From the NCBI RefSeq assembly GCF_964355755.1, contig NC_092680.1, positions 9,238,001-9,302,000 on the forward strand: a stretch of 64,000 nucleotides of DNA, in the 5' to 3' direction. Positions 1 to 16,000 of this stretch are shown here, one piece after another; position 1 is the stretch's first letter; the number at the start of each line of letters is the position of its first letter. A program made the translations under genes and the position numbers. The notes under the pieces are model-generated. The model saw nothing but the letters and a program-made list of their open reading frames with translations. It was not told the origin of the DNA and made no database searches. This DNA is from Antedon mediterranea (taxonomy: Eukaryota; Animalia; Echinodermata).

Positions 1-2408
1 ATGAAATCCCTAATTACTGATTACTATATCATAATTGACATCCATGCTTGCATTTTTTACGCTGCTGCTTTAGCCAGCTACGTCCCAAGAAGACTACTCA
101 TTCAGAAGCTAAAGTAAGCAGCAGTTATAGTTCTAGAGGCCGATGTTTTTGGTAATTTGTAAACTAGGACGGGTAATGCTCAAATTACAAACCCCAAAGC
201 ACGTCTGGGAGAGGAGAGTATGAGAAAATTAGCCGATATAATACAGATGCATGTAGACAGTCATCTGTAAAATCTTGTTCAATAAATAATGACTTTGTTG
301 TTGCTGTCAACATAGGCCAGTATTATAATAATTCACTGTAATCAAAACATTATTTCTGGTATTTACAATGAGTCCCATTTGACTGTCAATCTAGACCGAT
401 ATTATAATACTGTAATTCGCTGTCAGATAATCATTTAATTAATTTTTGTTTGTAATAGGATACAATTTGTTGACACTTGAAGTGTCTAGGCTTGACCTTA
501 GCAATAAAATAAACTAAAGTGACAGAAAATTATTAATATTATTTAGAAATTTTTATTTAAATTATTTAATAAGTACATCATCTTTTAAAGATTCAATATT
601 TTTTATTTTTCAATTTCAATTGCACAATTATGACATATCAAAGTATGAATTCTTGTTGTATTTTACTTCAAATACTAAAGTTATTCACTTCTGTACCAAA
701 AAATAAATTGTATTCACGTATAAAAACAGAAAAGAAACATTTAATTATAACCCAAAAACCATTGTCTATTTTATTCTATTATGTGACAATAAAATGACAT
801 TCAAAAACAAATTTGAAATAAAAAATATTTTTCAGGGGGACAATATATCTTTAAAACTGTTACATCAACAAGCGAGCAACGTTTTTTGTAAGAATATTTC
901 TTGTTTAAATGGGGTTTACATTAAATCAAATTATGTTTAAAAATTACAAATCAAAAATTATAACTCTTGCCTCTTGTAGTAATTCTTGAGAAAATGCAAT
1001 TTCAGTTTACTTGACTGCTCAGTACTAGATTGCGAGACCCTGTTCCGGATTGCATTTCAAATCTAATGGAGTGGTCCTTAACCACCTATTTGGTAGAGAT
1101 CCTGAAATAACTTTTTGAATAATCCTGCTAACAACAGACACGCGATCAACATCCTTGGTATTGATTGACAACTATTACAGTTTTTACTCTATTAGATAAC
1201 ACATGAATTGTTTGCACAAAAACTGTTTATTTGAATAATATGCTCATTGATATAATAATAAATATCACTAATTGCACCAATACAAAAATAATTGACATTA
1301 AATAATAACAAGAGAACAATATAATGAATGGAAGCAGGGTATAAAGCAGAAATAATTGTCTCCATTTTGTAGGGATGGTATGTTAACAACTAAACAATCA
1401 TTGTTTTGTATTCATTAATAATAAAAAACATTTGTTATAATTTACATTAATAAATTGCACCTTTAATAAAATGCATTCTTCACTTGATATTAAAGAATAA
1501 TTGCACATCAAAGGCTCAAATATAAACATCCTTATTGTCAATTTAATAAAATCATTAAAAAATATCAATATTAAATAAATTGTTATTTAAATGAAACATT
1601 TTATTTATACAGTATATATTTTTGGAAAAGTAAAATTAGTTTTGTTTCTAAAGTTTTATTATTACAATAATAATTAAATATTGGTTTTTATACAACTACT
1701 ATATGTTCTTCATCAACATTTTCCTCTAAATAAAATATTTTTTTCTGTATAAGACTCTTAAAACTAAGGAAAACCAACTTTATTTCTTTAAAAAAAAAAC
1801 AGAATCAAAATAAACAAGTTTAAAATTTCAAAATGTATAATGGTACTATTAATGGCAATTAAGAATGTTTCATATTCATTCGGTATAAAAATACAGTAGA
1901 ACAAATTGGGTTATTTCATCGAACATCACTATTAATGGGGACAGTTTCCTGTGAAATGAACAGGGAGGGAAATACAGTGGAACTGAACCTTTTGGCCACT
2001 ACCGCCAACCTTTACTTAGGCAATACCCCTATCAAAGGAACACTTCTATTAACAGTAATACTGTACCTTAAAAAATACTACAGTCCCACCTTAAAACTTT
2101 ACTTAAATAAAATATAGTAACTTTCATATAATATCATGCATATTGTAGAGTGGGAAGCTTGTAGTAAAGTAAGTTTTGGAAGAGATTAATGTTTCTTCTA
2201 GTTTCTTTTGGGTCAATTGCCAGTATAAATTAACTAAATATTAACAATAAAGATATAAGCTATTTTACATCAGAATTAACATTTCATTGCAAAATGCACT
2301 AAAAAGCCAACAGACAATTATACCTTTTTTTTATTTCACAATATAAAAATACTTTTTTGGCAGTTTTAACATATTCAAAGGTGATGTATGTTTTGTTGAT
2401 CACATTTA

Positions 2409-2537
2409 TAGCATACAAGTATATCTGATAGCAGACAAGTATATCTGATAGCAGACAAGTATATCTGATAGCAGACAAGTATATCTGGTAGCAGACAAGT
2501 ATATCTGGTAGCAGACAAGTATATCTGGTAGCAGACA
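2409..2537. repeat. 20-bp tandem repeat, ~6 copies
   Basis: Unit GCAGACAAGTATATCTG(A/G)TA. Confidence 0.9.
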
Positions 2538-3818
2538 CAAGCCATACAATAGCTTACTTTACTTATTTTGGGATACACAGATACTTACAGTAATACAAAG
2601 CTAGGGCTAGCCAATCGGTAGAAATATATATGTATATATTTGTTAGCACTTGCATTTCTCACTAAACATTTTAGTTGCCACACCCTTTTTATACATACAT
2701 ACTGCTGTTCTCATTTCCAGGCAAGCTACTAGTCTAGCCTCAGCCAGCTCTTAAACTGGACATAGAATAACATGCAATGACAATGAATGGAATAAAATGC
2801 CTAGACAGCATGACAATTCTACATTTACTCATACCATTTCTCCTACAGACAGCAATACAATTATTAAATCAGAAACAGGCATAGTAACACCACAGTACCC
2901 TTTATGTAACAATACTTAATCAACACTTTTGATCAATTATTTCTAGTTAACATACAACCTAACGTCTGAAATATACTTAAAATAATTGAAACACGCATTT
3001 ACTATATTTATTAAATAGTAGTAGTAGTATAGTTTAGTTTGATCTAAAAAAATTTCATATTACATAAATATAAAATAAATATATGTCAGCCAATATTTAT
3101 CATATTTTTTCTCAAAGTAAATCGCACCATTACACATGTTCTAAAGGGAAAGATGATAGTACATATCATTGATGCAAAGGAAGGGGAAGACGAAGGCTAC
3201 AGTTTACATAGACGGTGATGACACAGTTGTGCACAGACATAGATGTGTGGAAGAAATCTGGTCCCATGAATAATGTATGAGCAAAACTATGCCCATAGTT
3301 ACACACATCATAGCTTTGGTTTGGTTTCATCAAATTGGTAATTAATTTGTGTTATGCCAACACATTCTCTCTTTCTAATAAACTCCTGAGGCATGCATGA
3401 CAGAGCATACTGGTGATGACACATCTTTTCAGACACATCCTCGTCCGAGTTAGTTGCCAATTCATATGCAATGATTGATGCCACAACTTCTGTGCTATCC
3501 CATTGTTCACTAAGTCAATATTTTTCTTCATTTTTTTCTTTGAAATCAGTTAATTGTCCATGTCTACTTTGTGAGTAATTTTCATTTAGGTCTATAGTCT
3601 AAATACTGTCCCTTTTTATTTGACCATGTTAGCAGCAGACACATGGACTATGTTCAGATACAGCACACAAACCGTCAAATGGTTTTCAGACATAACTGTA
3701 AATGTAAATTACACCACAGTAGAGAAAACCTGATTCACTTACCTCCCTCCCCTGATGTAAGCAATTAGTGGCATACAGTAACCTTGCCAAAATCTATGTC
3801 AGCAGAGATATCACCTCT

Positions 3819-4001
3819 CTAGTCATCTTCAGACAAATGGCCCGAGTCTGTGTTTCTTGACAACATATAATTGTCCATGTCAATTGATCTGCAGTTATTG
3901 ATGGCGTAACGCATCTTTTCTGCCATCATGGCTTGGCTTGAATATGGTGGAATACGTAGTTGGAAGAAGCATGTTTGTGCTGTTGGCAGACCATCAGCAC
4001 C
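3819..4001 (-). CDS. HERC1: HERC1 last coding exon (HECT catalytic Cys)
   Basis: [18 protein letters not shown]...SIDMDNY, TAG stop. Confidence 0.95.
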   Translation of the reverse strand, partial: GADGLPTAQTCFFQLRIPPYSSQAMMAEKMRYAINNCRSIDMDNYMLSRNTDSGHLSEDD

Positions 4002-7000
4002 CTGAAGAAAAACACAAAGAAAATTTAAATTAACACCTAAGTGTATGCTTGTCATTTGACTGGTTAATTACACTATTTGGAAATAGTTCTACTAAACGGA
4101 CAAAATGAATGGATCTACATGCTTGTTCGACCTTTCGGAAACATTTTGAGAAGGTGGAGCGCTGCCTTTTAAAAATATTCTCACCATTCAACTCATAAAC
4201 ATTCTTTATTTGTATACTGATCAATGTGTGAATGTTATCCACCAGATTCTTACCCTATCGACACGCATGATTTGAAATCTCTGTGATATATCTGCTATAT
4301 TACTTGGTAGTCTTGACCTTCCAGATACAAATCTCATGAACAGAATACGCTCTTCATTGCTAAATTCTTCTAATGTTTTCCACAACCATTTGATGAGGTG
4401 ATGATTCTCATCTAATTCACGATACCTTTGTTTTATGTAAAATGAAGGAATATTAATGAAAAGTAGAATATTTAGGTATACAAAAATAGTGCTTTTATAG
4501 CTCTTCTGTAATGGCCATCATATTAACTGTTAGGAACCTGTGTTTTATAATAAATAAATTTGACTTTACCTGACCACTCTTTTCAGCATAGGAATGGCAA
4601 TATCTGGCATGCCACATACCATTGAGTCAAGTTGTACTGGTGTCAGCAGAGATAACAATGGAACTGGTATAATATATGACATTCCTTCACGTACTGCATT
4701 TATCTACATTAAAAAAGCATATAACATTTTAAACTACAAGTCTCTCTTAAAGACTCGTTTCTTGGTGGTATATAGTCCAATGATAGGCATCATCTAGTGA
4801 GTGAATTTGTTGGTGTTCTGACATAACTGATTGTATAAAGTGACTATTCATCATGTGGTTAAGAAATAAAGACAATACCAAAACAAGTAAAGAACTCTTG
4901 TTGTTTACCTGTCGATCAACTTCATGAAGCCTGTATGCTAGTGCTCTCTCTACATATTCTTTCCTGTTTGCATATGTTAGGGGTATGCCACGCCCTCCAC
5001 TTATGACTGGAACAAACCGCCCATCCGAACTTTGGCATTCAAACCAATATAAAGGGATAACCTAAGAAAATACAGAGAATTTATTCTTACAGTAGAAGCC
5101 ATCTGATAGAAATTACAAAATTAATCAACTTGTAAATTAATTTGAATTGAATATTAACTGAATATTCTTACCTCATGGAAGTTCTCCTCAGATATGCCAC
5201 TTTTGTCAATATCTTTAATGTTCTTCAGTGCTTGCATAAAGAATACATCAACCTGGAAAAAAAATCGATCGATTACCAAACCATATTTTGGAAATGGAAG
5301 CATGAAACATAACGTTACACATAAAATAAATACAAATGGTTTGTCAGTTTTTGTCAGACCTAACTGACTGTCTTCTGAGAAACTGAAAATTGCACAGGCT
5401 GAATGTTACTATAGAATACGGCCCTCAGATAGTAACTGGTCGTCGCTGCTACACATGGTGCCTAAAGGAACATCAGGTGATGGGAGGCCATGTGGGGACT
5501 ACAATGTGACTGTTCCAGATATGTACCCCGTCTCCCACATTCATGACTTAACCGCGACTCTCTGAAACCTCTTCAGTCTCCTTACAATGGGTCACTTAAA
5601 GTTTTAGCTGACAAATACTTTGTTTTAAGTATCGCAGGTAAACAAGAAACTGTCAGTTTGGACAGCCTAAAAGTTGCCTATGTAAGTAATGGTAAAGCTA
5701 TTGACACTTTTCCAGAATCGTCCATACAACCAGAAGCGGGGCTTCCCCCAACCGCAAGAGCTATTCCAGTCGCACCTCTGCCACGACAAACGCATAGCGT
5801 ACGACATGTACACTGGCCACGTAAGTTTGCAGATTATGATTGAGGTTGAAGGACATTTGATGTTGTATTGTGCTACAAATTTATTATATGATAGAAACAT
5901 TTTTAATTCATCGATTGCTACATTTCATTTGTGATCTAGAGGGGAGCTTATGTAGAGGCAATTGTACTATTTGCATATCAATTAGCAGGTGTTACGTAAA
6001 GCATTCTTAAAAAACTTTTTTCTTTGTCTCGCTCTCTCTACACCGGACCGCCGAGCGAGCAGGACGTACTGTTACTATTACCGTATACTACGTTGACTTA
6101 ACAAGAAACTTACATGTACATAGAAGAATATTAGTGAAATATGTATGTATGAACCCAACACACGCTCTCACAACACAGTAATGGTGGCCAAGTCATAACT
6201 CAATAAAGAGTGAACAAATTCAAACAAGATATGAATTATAAATTGTCTTAATAATTACCTCTTCAAGATCCTGAGGTACCAGAGGCATACCAACGAGCTG
6301 CTTCCAAACGATGGGTGCAAGGTGGAGATCAAGTGGTTTTTTAGTTCTGATGGCAACTCCAAGTAAAATTCCCAGGAATTTAAATAACTCAAGGTAATCT
6401 TTACACCAAGGAAGAGGATTTAAAAGGAATCTGTAAAGATAAATATAAGGTAAGGTGCAATACAACATCAAGACTTTTTCAATTTTTTTGAGGGGTGTCA
6501 ATATTCTGGGAATAAGCGTCTGTACATGTAAAGGAACTGAAATGACTCAACAAAAACTTGTGTTTGTTTTATTGCATTAAATAAACATAGCTCAAAGCCA
6601 TTTGGAAGGATTGAGTTCACACATAGATTTTCAGCAGACAATAGTCATTTTTCTTTGTATATTCTAAATTATTTCCTTTGTGTCCTAATACACAGTAGCC
6701 ACCATGTAAACTATGAAGATCATGCTTACTATGGTTTTTAACTAAAAAATATTTACCTATCACGATTCTGTCCAGCATCTGACGAGGAATTCGGTGTTGG
6801 TATTAAAATAGGTACAATCCCAGTCTCAAGCTCCTGACACATTTCAGTAATGGTATCATCAAATACACCCCCAGCATCATCAGCCCCTTCCCCTATTAAT
6901 TTGACCTTCCACGCTCTTGATGGTAGTCGGAGATCAGCTGGGCGTAATTTGACAACCTGTTTGGCTATCTGAGTGAAGATTGGCTTAGACTTACGACCAC

Positions 7001-10000
7001 TTAAAAAAAAAAATAGAAATACTAAATTACTATATAAATCAGTAAATATAATTACTGGTTATTAAATTTCAAGATTTTTTTTTAATGAGTAATGCAATAT
7101 TAAATAAAGAACTACACAATACTTTTAAAATAGATACATGGTGTTTGCACTTACCGTGTGGCTAGTCTCTTTACTGTTATCTGGGGTCCATAGTTCTTTC
7201 CTTGCACCATAGTCCTACCAATGGATCTTACCATTGGCAAGGTATACACCCTTGGGGCAAGCAAGGGGCGTAAATGACCATCTAGTAGGCCATTTGTACC
7301 AATATTATACGTCTTCAATTTGACCTATAAAAGAATAAAGTTGTAATACTGATTACATAATAATAAACAACACAATGAAAGTTAAGTAAATTAAGTAACA
7401 ACAACTAATACTTCATTGACTCTGACTCATCTGAATAGGGTGTTAATAATAAAACAAAACAATGGCATCACCTGTTGTGGGTTGAGATGTAGAAGCCTCC
7501 AAGATGTATACATAAGATCTGAGAAGTGATGTAAAATTCTTAGCCTAGCTCTGACAGACAACGGTGAGCAATCACGCAATGTATTAAACCGAGCTGGTAT
7601 ACTATCAGGGTAACCTAAGAAGAATAAGAATATACATATTAATATATATTCTAGACAAACTGAAATTTATGACTATAAATTTATGATTATGGTATAATTA
7701 AGTGTCTTATAAAGCTTTTGATTATTGGTTAGACCTCTTTAGGAAGAAAATGAAATGAAAATGTGCTTCTTTAAAAAGAAATTTTAATAAAAAAGCCCAC
7801 CAGTTTTATTCTGCTGATCAAGGCTCCTCAAAACATATCAAACAACAATAATAATAATAATATCATTATTGGAAAAGAAGAGGATAATGTATGGTAAAGA
7901 AGTGAGTACCTAGCTGTAGTTGTGTACCACTACCTGGTGTACGTTGTGGTACAGCAGGAGATGTCCAAGCAGCAGAATGGTTACGCCCTGCTGAAATCTG
8001 TAATAATACAAACAATTTGTAAAAATAATAATTTAAATTCCACAGTAAAATATATTTTAATATTAAAATTAATAATGAACTATTTTTGATTATTGGATTG
8101 GTTGATTGATTGATTCAAGCTTGTCACCTCTCAATTACAGAGCACATACTAGGTGACCTTAATGATGGTCACGATGATGTCATACCACATTAGGGCACAT
8201 CACACTAGTTGGAGAGTGTAGACAGAGCTTAACAAATAGAAATGTATATACATAATATCAAACTCAAAACAACAATATTACCTGTTTGATATTTTTACCC
8301 TGTAAAACAGTTACCAATACTGGTTCTCGGACTGTATTAGTGTGTCCTAGGCCTAACTGGCCCTCTGAGTTAGATCCCCAAGCCCACACATCACCAGTAC
8401 TAGTCAGGGCTAAAGAGTGTTCAGAACCCACAGCAATGTCCTCTATAAAGTACCCAGCCAAAGCTGACACAGCCTGGGGTCGGTTAGTAAGACGTGCTCT
8501 ACTGTCAGGGAGACCTAGTAGACGATCTAAATAAAATAATTTAAATGATAAATGAAACATAAAAGTAGTAGTATAAATTGCGAAAAATATTAAATTAAAT
8601 TAGCATTATAACTAAACAAATCTTTGACAGTGTTTTAATTTGTTTCAAAGTTGATGAGGCTGTCACAACAATAAACAGTGTTTATGAATATCTAATAGAA
8701 AAGCTTGCTAAATAATTACAATTAGTTAAAGAGTAAACAATATGGAGTTGCTAATAACCAACCTTGTCCAAATGTAAGAACTCTTCCATCTTTAGTAAGC
8801 ACCATTGAAAACTGTGTTCCACAACAAACCTTCTTTATTCCTTCATTATTGAAACTTTCAATTTTCTTGAAAAAGAAGAAATATTCATCATTTTCATTGG
8901 CTGCATGATTTAATCAATTCAAAATTCATAATATTAATCAAAAGGCAATGTATTGAAAATGGCAATTATCTACCCTTACAACTGGTATCACAAACAACCC
9001 ATATAAATCTTAATACATAATAATTACAATAATTTCTTTACATATAAAATTTACAGTGTTCTTATGACAGTAAACAATTAACAATAATACTTAATATTGT
9101 AGTGTACCTGTGGAGTTGACTTGGCGGTACAGTTACCAAGTCCTAGCTTGCCATAGTCACCATCTCCAAAAGCCCACACAGTGTTCCCGTCTGCTGATAT
9201 ACATATTGTGTGGTTTAGACCGCAAGACACCTAACAATCATGACATTTGTTGATTAAAAAACATAAGAGAATAATGTTCATGTGCTTCAATTACGATTAG
9301 ATTTTGATAATTATGCATAAAGCAGGAATATTCAAAACATTCTTACCTGTCCTATGGCATACTGTTCAAGTGCCGTTACTCTTTCTGGGAATTTCTTGTT
9401 CGATGTATTACCATGTCCTAACCTTCCATAATCCCCATTTCCAAATGTAAATAGTTTACCATCAGCTGTTACTACAGTAGAGTGTTTAAATCCACACGCC
9501 ATCTAACAAAATGATAAATATTTGGAATTGTTTTTATTATATAAATACTAGAGGGTGAGCTCGCTTCGCTCGCTCCCCCTCTAGGAAGTGTAGACGATGG
9601 TTTTCGGAATGATAATGTTCTCCTTATACGTTTTCTGTCGGGTTACCATTATTGAAAATGCTTGACATTCGTAAAACTAAACTACTTTGTTTCACAGTGT
9701 TTTAGATGATTAATAACATTTTAAAGTACAGTTTTTATTGTTTGGTAGGGCCCTTTGGGGAGGCGGAGGTCATTTGAGGGAGGTGCTTATTCGAGGGATA
9801 TATGTTAAATTTTGTAGTTTTAATAATATGGTAACATTTATAATCAAATGAAATCCTCTAATAGATATGAAAAGTGCTAAAAAAAAAGAATAACAAATGC
9901 TTGGTAAATAGTAGATAACAGTGCGGTGAATTCTACTACAAATAGTACTGTATAATTGTGTTGTTATAAATATGTGGATGGACGTTTATTAGATAGTTAG

Positions 10001-13000
10001 GTTGGGGGGGGGGGGGTTATTATTCAAAGTGATGTTTTATTAGAGAGGCGTTTATTCAAATGAATACCATCCTAATAATTATTAATACATTATTTAATTT
10101 AATCATCTTTTGAAACTAACTGCCGTGACAGAGTGGGCCCAAGAAAGAAGACATTATGGTACGGCTTGCAACATGGGCAGACATCTCGGTCCTAACGGGA
10201 CACAGGAAGATAGCCTACAGTTATTCCTGCAAGCTTACTCAATAAAACTCAGCTATCGGGATTTCACTCGAAAAATGTCTTATCATCAAATCTCCCTATG
10301 TAATTTTATAATACTATTCCCCACAATATATTCTGATTCTTTATGGCGTATATTTAATTTGATCTTTATTAATTTGCAGTATAATTCCTATTATTTAACT
10401 ACTGTACCTTCACACACGCGCCGCGGTATGTTTTAAAATAAACAAAAAACTGAAATGGCTATGATTAATGGCCTATATCTGATTTTTTTTTCGTCTTCCA
10501 AAGGGACACTGTATTGATTGATGATGGAAAGTGCCTGTTTCCAGTCACCTTTAGGGTCAAATCTATTATTTTAACTGCTCCCTTGTGTATAAAAGAGAGA
10601 AAATATTTGAAACCAGGTTGTTGCAAGGTGAACTTATCTTAAACCCGGAAATTACTTTGACCGGGAAGAATTGAAATTGAGATGAAAATCTAATGTTGAA
10701 ATCATAAATTGTGTTAAAAAACTCTTTATAATATCTTCCTAAGATAGAAATATGGAACAATAGCGTCGCCGTGAACACTAATGTTATCAAATCTACGTTT
10801 CGAAGTACATCTCAGATAGATAAGGTAGGTATCCAAGGCGGAGATTTGTACCGAAGTTTTTGCATTGTGCTCGCCTATGTCAGAATTAACCATAATTTAT
10901 ATATAGATACAGTTATACAATAAAATTTGCTTTTAATGTGACGAATTTTAATATCTACAATATACATAATTCAATATAATGTGTCTGGTAAATTAAATTA
11001 CACAAACCAACAGTGGCGGTAGTAGTCTAAAGCTGTGTTTATACAACACCCTAAATTTGAAGACGTCTTTAGTTTTTAGCGTGTTGCTCGAGCCGAGGTC
11101 AACCCTACAAAAACCTTGCAGTTATACATTAAATCGTAATACCGTGTTATACTGTAGTTCATAATCCTAAGTTGTATATATACTTGCATGCATTATGAAT
11201 TAATATGAGTTTATTACAGATTTTAATAAAGGATGATTTTGTTTAAAATTTAGTTTATTCAGTTATTGATTTTTTTATAATCTGCTTTTGGAATAAAAAA
11301 AAAAATTGTTTTAGAATTGGGATAAAACTATGGTACATTTTTTCTCGTAGGCGTGTTGAATATGCGTTTATATTAATAGCGTGTTGTATAAACGCGCCCT
11401 ATGAGTGAGATACCTACCTGTATACACACTACAAATATTATTCGCAATAAAACACCCCTCATAAGAAAAATGGAACAGTCCAGGCACCCTAGTGGGCCAT
11501 ATAAGTCAGTACCGTAAATCTTCTAATTATAACGCTGGGTTATTATTCTTTGATTGTTTTTTATGGTGGGTTACTATTAGAAGGGGCGTTACTATTAAAG
11601 TAGTGGGTTACTACTACTAATCTTAAATTAGGCATCTAAAAATAGTAACCCACCCCAACTTTTCCGGTCAGAAACTTATAGCAAAATAACAGTACGAATA
11701 AACAAATTTTGTTAAACTCAAAAACACTCAATCCTCAACCACTCCCGAGATCAACATGTATTATCTCCTTATTTTCAAAATATGGCTGCATCATAAACGA
11801 CCAGTTCTCATAATGAAAGGAAAATATAAAATAAACAAATTTCTATATAAAAGTTGAAGTAATGAGGAAAAGAGCATGGTCTCGTGGGCCCTGGTCGCTA
11901 CTTGTGGCGGAAAATAAATCGAAAAAATATTGATTGATGAACTGTCAAGGGTTGTATTAAAATATCCTTTTTTTAAACTTAAACTGGAACAATAATCGAG
12001 GCATACTAAGCTGGAGTTCATACAAATAAGGATCATGGACACAATCTCATTGTGAAAAATGCCTAATTTAAGGAATACAGCGTTGATTTTAGTGTCATTT
12101 TGTCAATAGTTTTTGTGACTCGAATAGTAACCCCCATGGGTTACTATTACAGTAGTGGGTTATTATTATAGATTGACTTATAAGGTGAGTAACAATTAGA
12201 AGGGGGGTTACTATTAGAGTGTGGGTTACTATTAGAAGGGGGGTTACTATTAGAGTGTGGGTTACTATTAGAAGATTTACGGTATGCTACAAACTTACTT
12301 ATAATAAAACTAATTCACTTAATACCTGTACTACTTCCTCGCCTTGTAACGATTCAATCTGTCTTGGCCGTCGTTGACGGTCGCTATTACCATGACCTAG
12401 CTTGCCATAGTCGCCGTCACCCCAACTAAACACTTCTCCACTTTCAGTTAGTGCCATGGAATGTCCGTCAGAACCGCAAGAGGTGACAAGGTGAGTCACA
12501 ACAAATCCTAAAAAAAAAAATAAATCAATCTGCATAGACCGACAAGATACAACAGAAAAGACTCCTAGTCTTGTTTTATAGTGTTCCATAATGTTGTAAT
12601 GAGTACAAGATATGTTACAATGAACTAGGCCCAACAGAGTATACAAGTAGTTATCATACATTTATTCTACCATGTGTTTGATACCTTAGCATTAGTGAGA
12701 ACTTAGCGTTTACCTAAGGGCGTGTGGTGCAGTGTGTTGGACGTTCGACTACTGATCGTGAAATCGAGGTTTGAATCCAACTCTCGCCGCATTACTTGTA
12801 TCCTTAGACAAGATATTTTACTTACGTTTGCCTCTCTCCACCCAGGTGTATAAATGGGAACCTGGTTAGATCAAGACACAACTTTGTGCTGATTACTAGC
12901 TGCATTATGTGAGTATGTTTCCATACGTGTTTGATCCAAAACATGTTCAGCGCTTAGAGGTTTCACAACATTAGGCGCTATATAAATCCAGGATATTATT

Positions 13001-16000
13001 ATTATTACCTTGAATGGCAGAAATGACGGTAATAGTATGCAGGTCATCTGAGTTTCCTTGGCCAAGTCTACCGTAACTTCCCTCTCCACATGCCGACACT
13101 GTTCCATTTGGGTGAATTACAAATGTACAGTTTTGACCACAGACAATCTGTATACGAAAACATAGATTGTGTAGATTTCTAAATTTTGTTTCTCAAAAAT
13201 TAGAAAATTAAATAAACAACGAATAAATGAACAACATTGTAAAAAATAGTTTTGATAATAATAAGAGCTATATAGAATAAAGATGTTTAGCTATAGTAAT
13301 TTAATTGCAACCAATTGTGATTGGATAAAATACATACTAATTAATAACGAGTTTAAAAATGTACTAGGTTCTTTAAAGTGCACATGAGCCAGATGTACAC
13401 TGGACCTACGGTTTATAGTCCTTATCCGAGAAGACTTGTTCTACCACCAGAACCATGGAGCGAGTGAGCCTCGAACCCTTGCCGATGTTATGGCTATGGA
13501 TTACGATTCTTAACCGCTCGGCCACACTCACTCGAATGAAAGAATATATGAATATATATATATTTATATTTATACCGATTAAATAAATAAAATAAATAAA
13601 TAATATACAGTATATGAATTTAATACGACATACGGCTCATAAAAGGTAATGAAAAATAAATATATAGTTACCTGCTGAGAATGACTAAATGATGGAGTGA
13701 GCGATGGTAGAAAGGCACTACGACCAGATTCAGCTAGTTGCCCATGACGACCACTGCCCCATAGGTATGCATCACATTTACCGCCAAGCTGCCAATCCTG
13801 AAAAAAAAATCGCTTGGACTTTAACACACACAGCCCTTGTTGTAGACTCATGAGAGAGCACCTTTAGTGGCTTCATTCACAATACATAAATGTAGATTTA
13901 GGCTGCTATTCACAATGAGAGGTTGAAAATGTTATTATTTTTCTTTATTTTGTAAATATACATCATTTATGTAAATTTTTTCGGAAATAAAGTTGATTGT
14001 TATCATCATACATGCTAATCAATATATCAGTGTCAAAATAAAGAGCATTTTACCTCAGGTTGTTGTGTAGCCCACATCATAATTTGTTCATCCATATCTA
14101 ACGACCAAGCTGAATTATCAGTTGCTATGTTACCATCTGAACCCAATCTACTGCCCTCGTCATCTGATGGAGCTGCAAATTCATTTGGGAACTTACTACG
14201 CTTCATCAATGCTTCCATGGACCTGATTACGGTGCAGTATGAAGCCAGCCAGCTCCATTCTGAATTGGTGGTTGATGTTGTGATAGACGGTTTGTGATGA
14301 GGTGGTGTTGGTACATGATACAAGACAGTATCTAGGTTTAAAGCTACTGCTAATGTACAAAGATACTGCAGAAAACGACTATGAACTAACTGCTCGCCAC
14401 AAACAACGTACATCTGAGAAGATTAAGATAATTAATTAATTAAGAAGATAATTATATATCAGTCAACTGTGCAATATTGCACAACCTAATGTTTAAAAAC
14501 CAAAAAATACAAAAAATGTTTATATTGAAAAATATATCCACAACCAAGATATAGTTTAATATACCTTCTCATAATTATATTGTTCTTGTAATATCCTTGG
14601 CAGCATTTTAATCAGCGCTGCCAGACACGGAGCTTGATGCAATCCCACAATACCTTGCTTCAGGAGTGCCATACAAGACGCAGCATATACATGATGCTTT
14701 GTGTAAGATTCTTGGTTGTAGTTGATCAGGATGACATCTTTGGAATGTGCAAAGGAAGCTGCAATACCTGAAGCTCCACACCAGTTGATGCTCTGGACTG
14801 CACCTGGCCCACAGTATGACTGCAGTACAGCTCCAGTCTGTTGAAACATTTAAACAAAGATCAATTTAATTATTTTACACAATAGGTAATATTTTACCTT
14901 TACCAGGAACACTACACTGTATAATACCATATTACAAAGTCTCATGATTTATTTATTCACAATATTTTACCAGCGCAACCCAATCATTAAAAAAGACTAG
15001 TCTCCCCATTGGGGCCCTGGATAAATTAAATAAAAGTAACAAACATGATACACAACTTGAAGATGTATTGTCTCCCTGACAAAATAATTCTTAAAACAAT
15101 TTTTGGGTAAATATCCATTATAATGTCACCTAATAATTATCCACTTTCACCAAAAATTTTAAGTAAAAAATAGTCAAATTGGCTGCCAGCCAATGAGTTT
15201 TTGGTTGAATTTAACCATTTATTTTGTCATTTTTTAAGTGAAAACGTAATTTTTTTCTACGAAATTGATTAACTTTATTAAAATTACAAAATAATCTATT
15301 CAAAGTATGATTTTATTAATCTTCATTTTTCAAGTTTTTGGGGGACAATACATCTTTAAACTATAAATATTAAAGCTACTTTAAACAAAAAGTAAGCAAG
15401 GCTAGTATAGTACTGGTTCTGGTTTATGCGACAGAGACATGGATTTAACCCCCAAAAATACTATACAACATTTATTTTTTAGAAGAATATATAAATATAA
15501 ATAACTACAATGTTATAAAAGGTTAGAATGTAAATATTAAATATCATTTGTTTTTCTGAGGATACACTGTGTAATTGTGATTGCTTACTTGAAGAGACCA
15601 GATAATGACTTGTCCCTTTGCACAGCCACTTGTCACCATAAGACCATCTAGACTGAAACTTAGTGACTTGATCCTCTTCAAATGACTATGTGTTTGAAGC
15701 ACACATTTGGCACATGGTTCAGGAGTTAAGAAGGAATCATTAAGAGCCTGAAATATTTACAAAATATGGTCAAATATAAAGTAATGGACTGATATGACAG
15801 TACAGAGCAGTCAGTAATGATGCCCTTTTTGTGTGATTTGTTGGTTTTACTTGGTACTCAACAATGTATTTAGGATGCATCCATAAAGTTTAAATAGCTT
15901 TTAAAATGGGTCACATATACAAGAAATTAAAGTTACACAAAACAATAGCAAGAACTACAATGTGTTTATGTTATGTTAGAGCATTGATTTATTTGATTAA

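Noticed and set aside
1-3818. Second gene or HERC1 polyadenylation site
   Set aside because: No recognisable coding signal; several AATAAA candidates on the minus strand cannot be ranked without transcript data.
12717-12790. tRNA gene (also 13470-13528 and 60125-60180)
   Set aside because: A/B boxes only, no convincing cloverleaf; the first two continue into SINE bodies.
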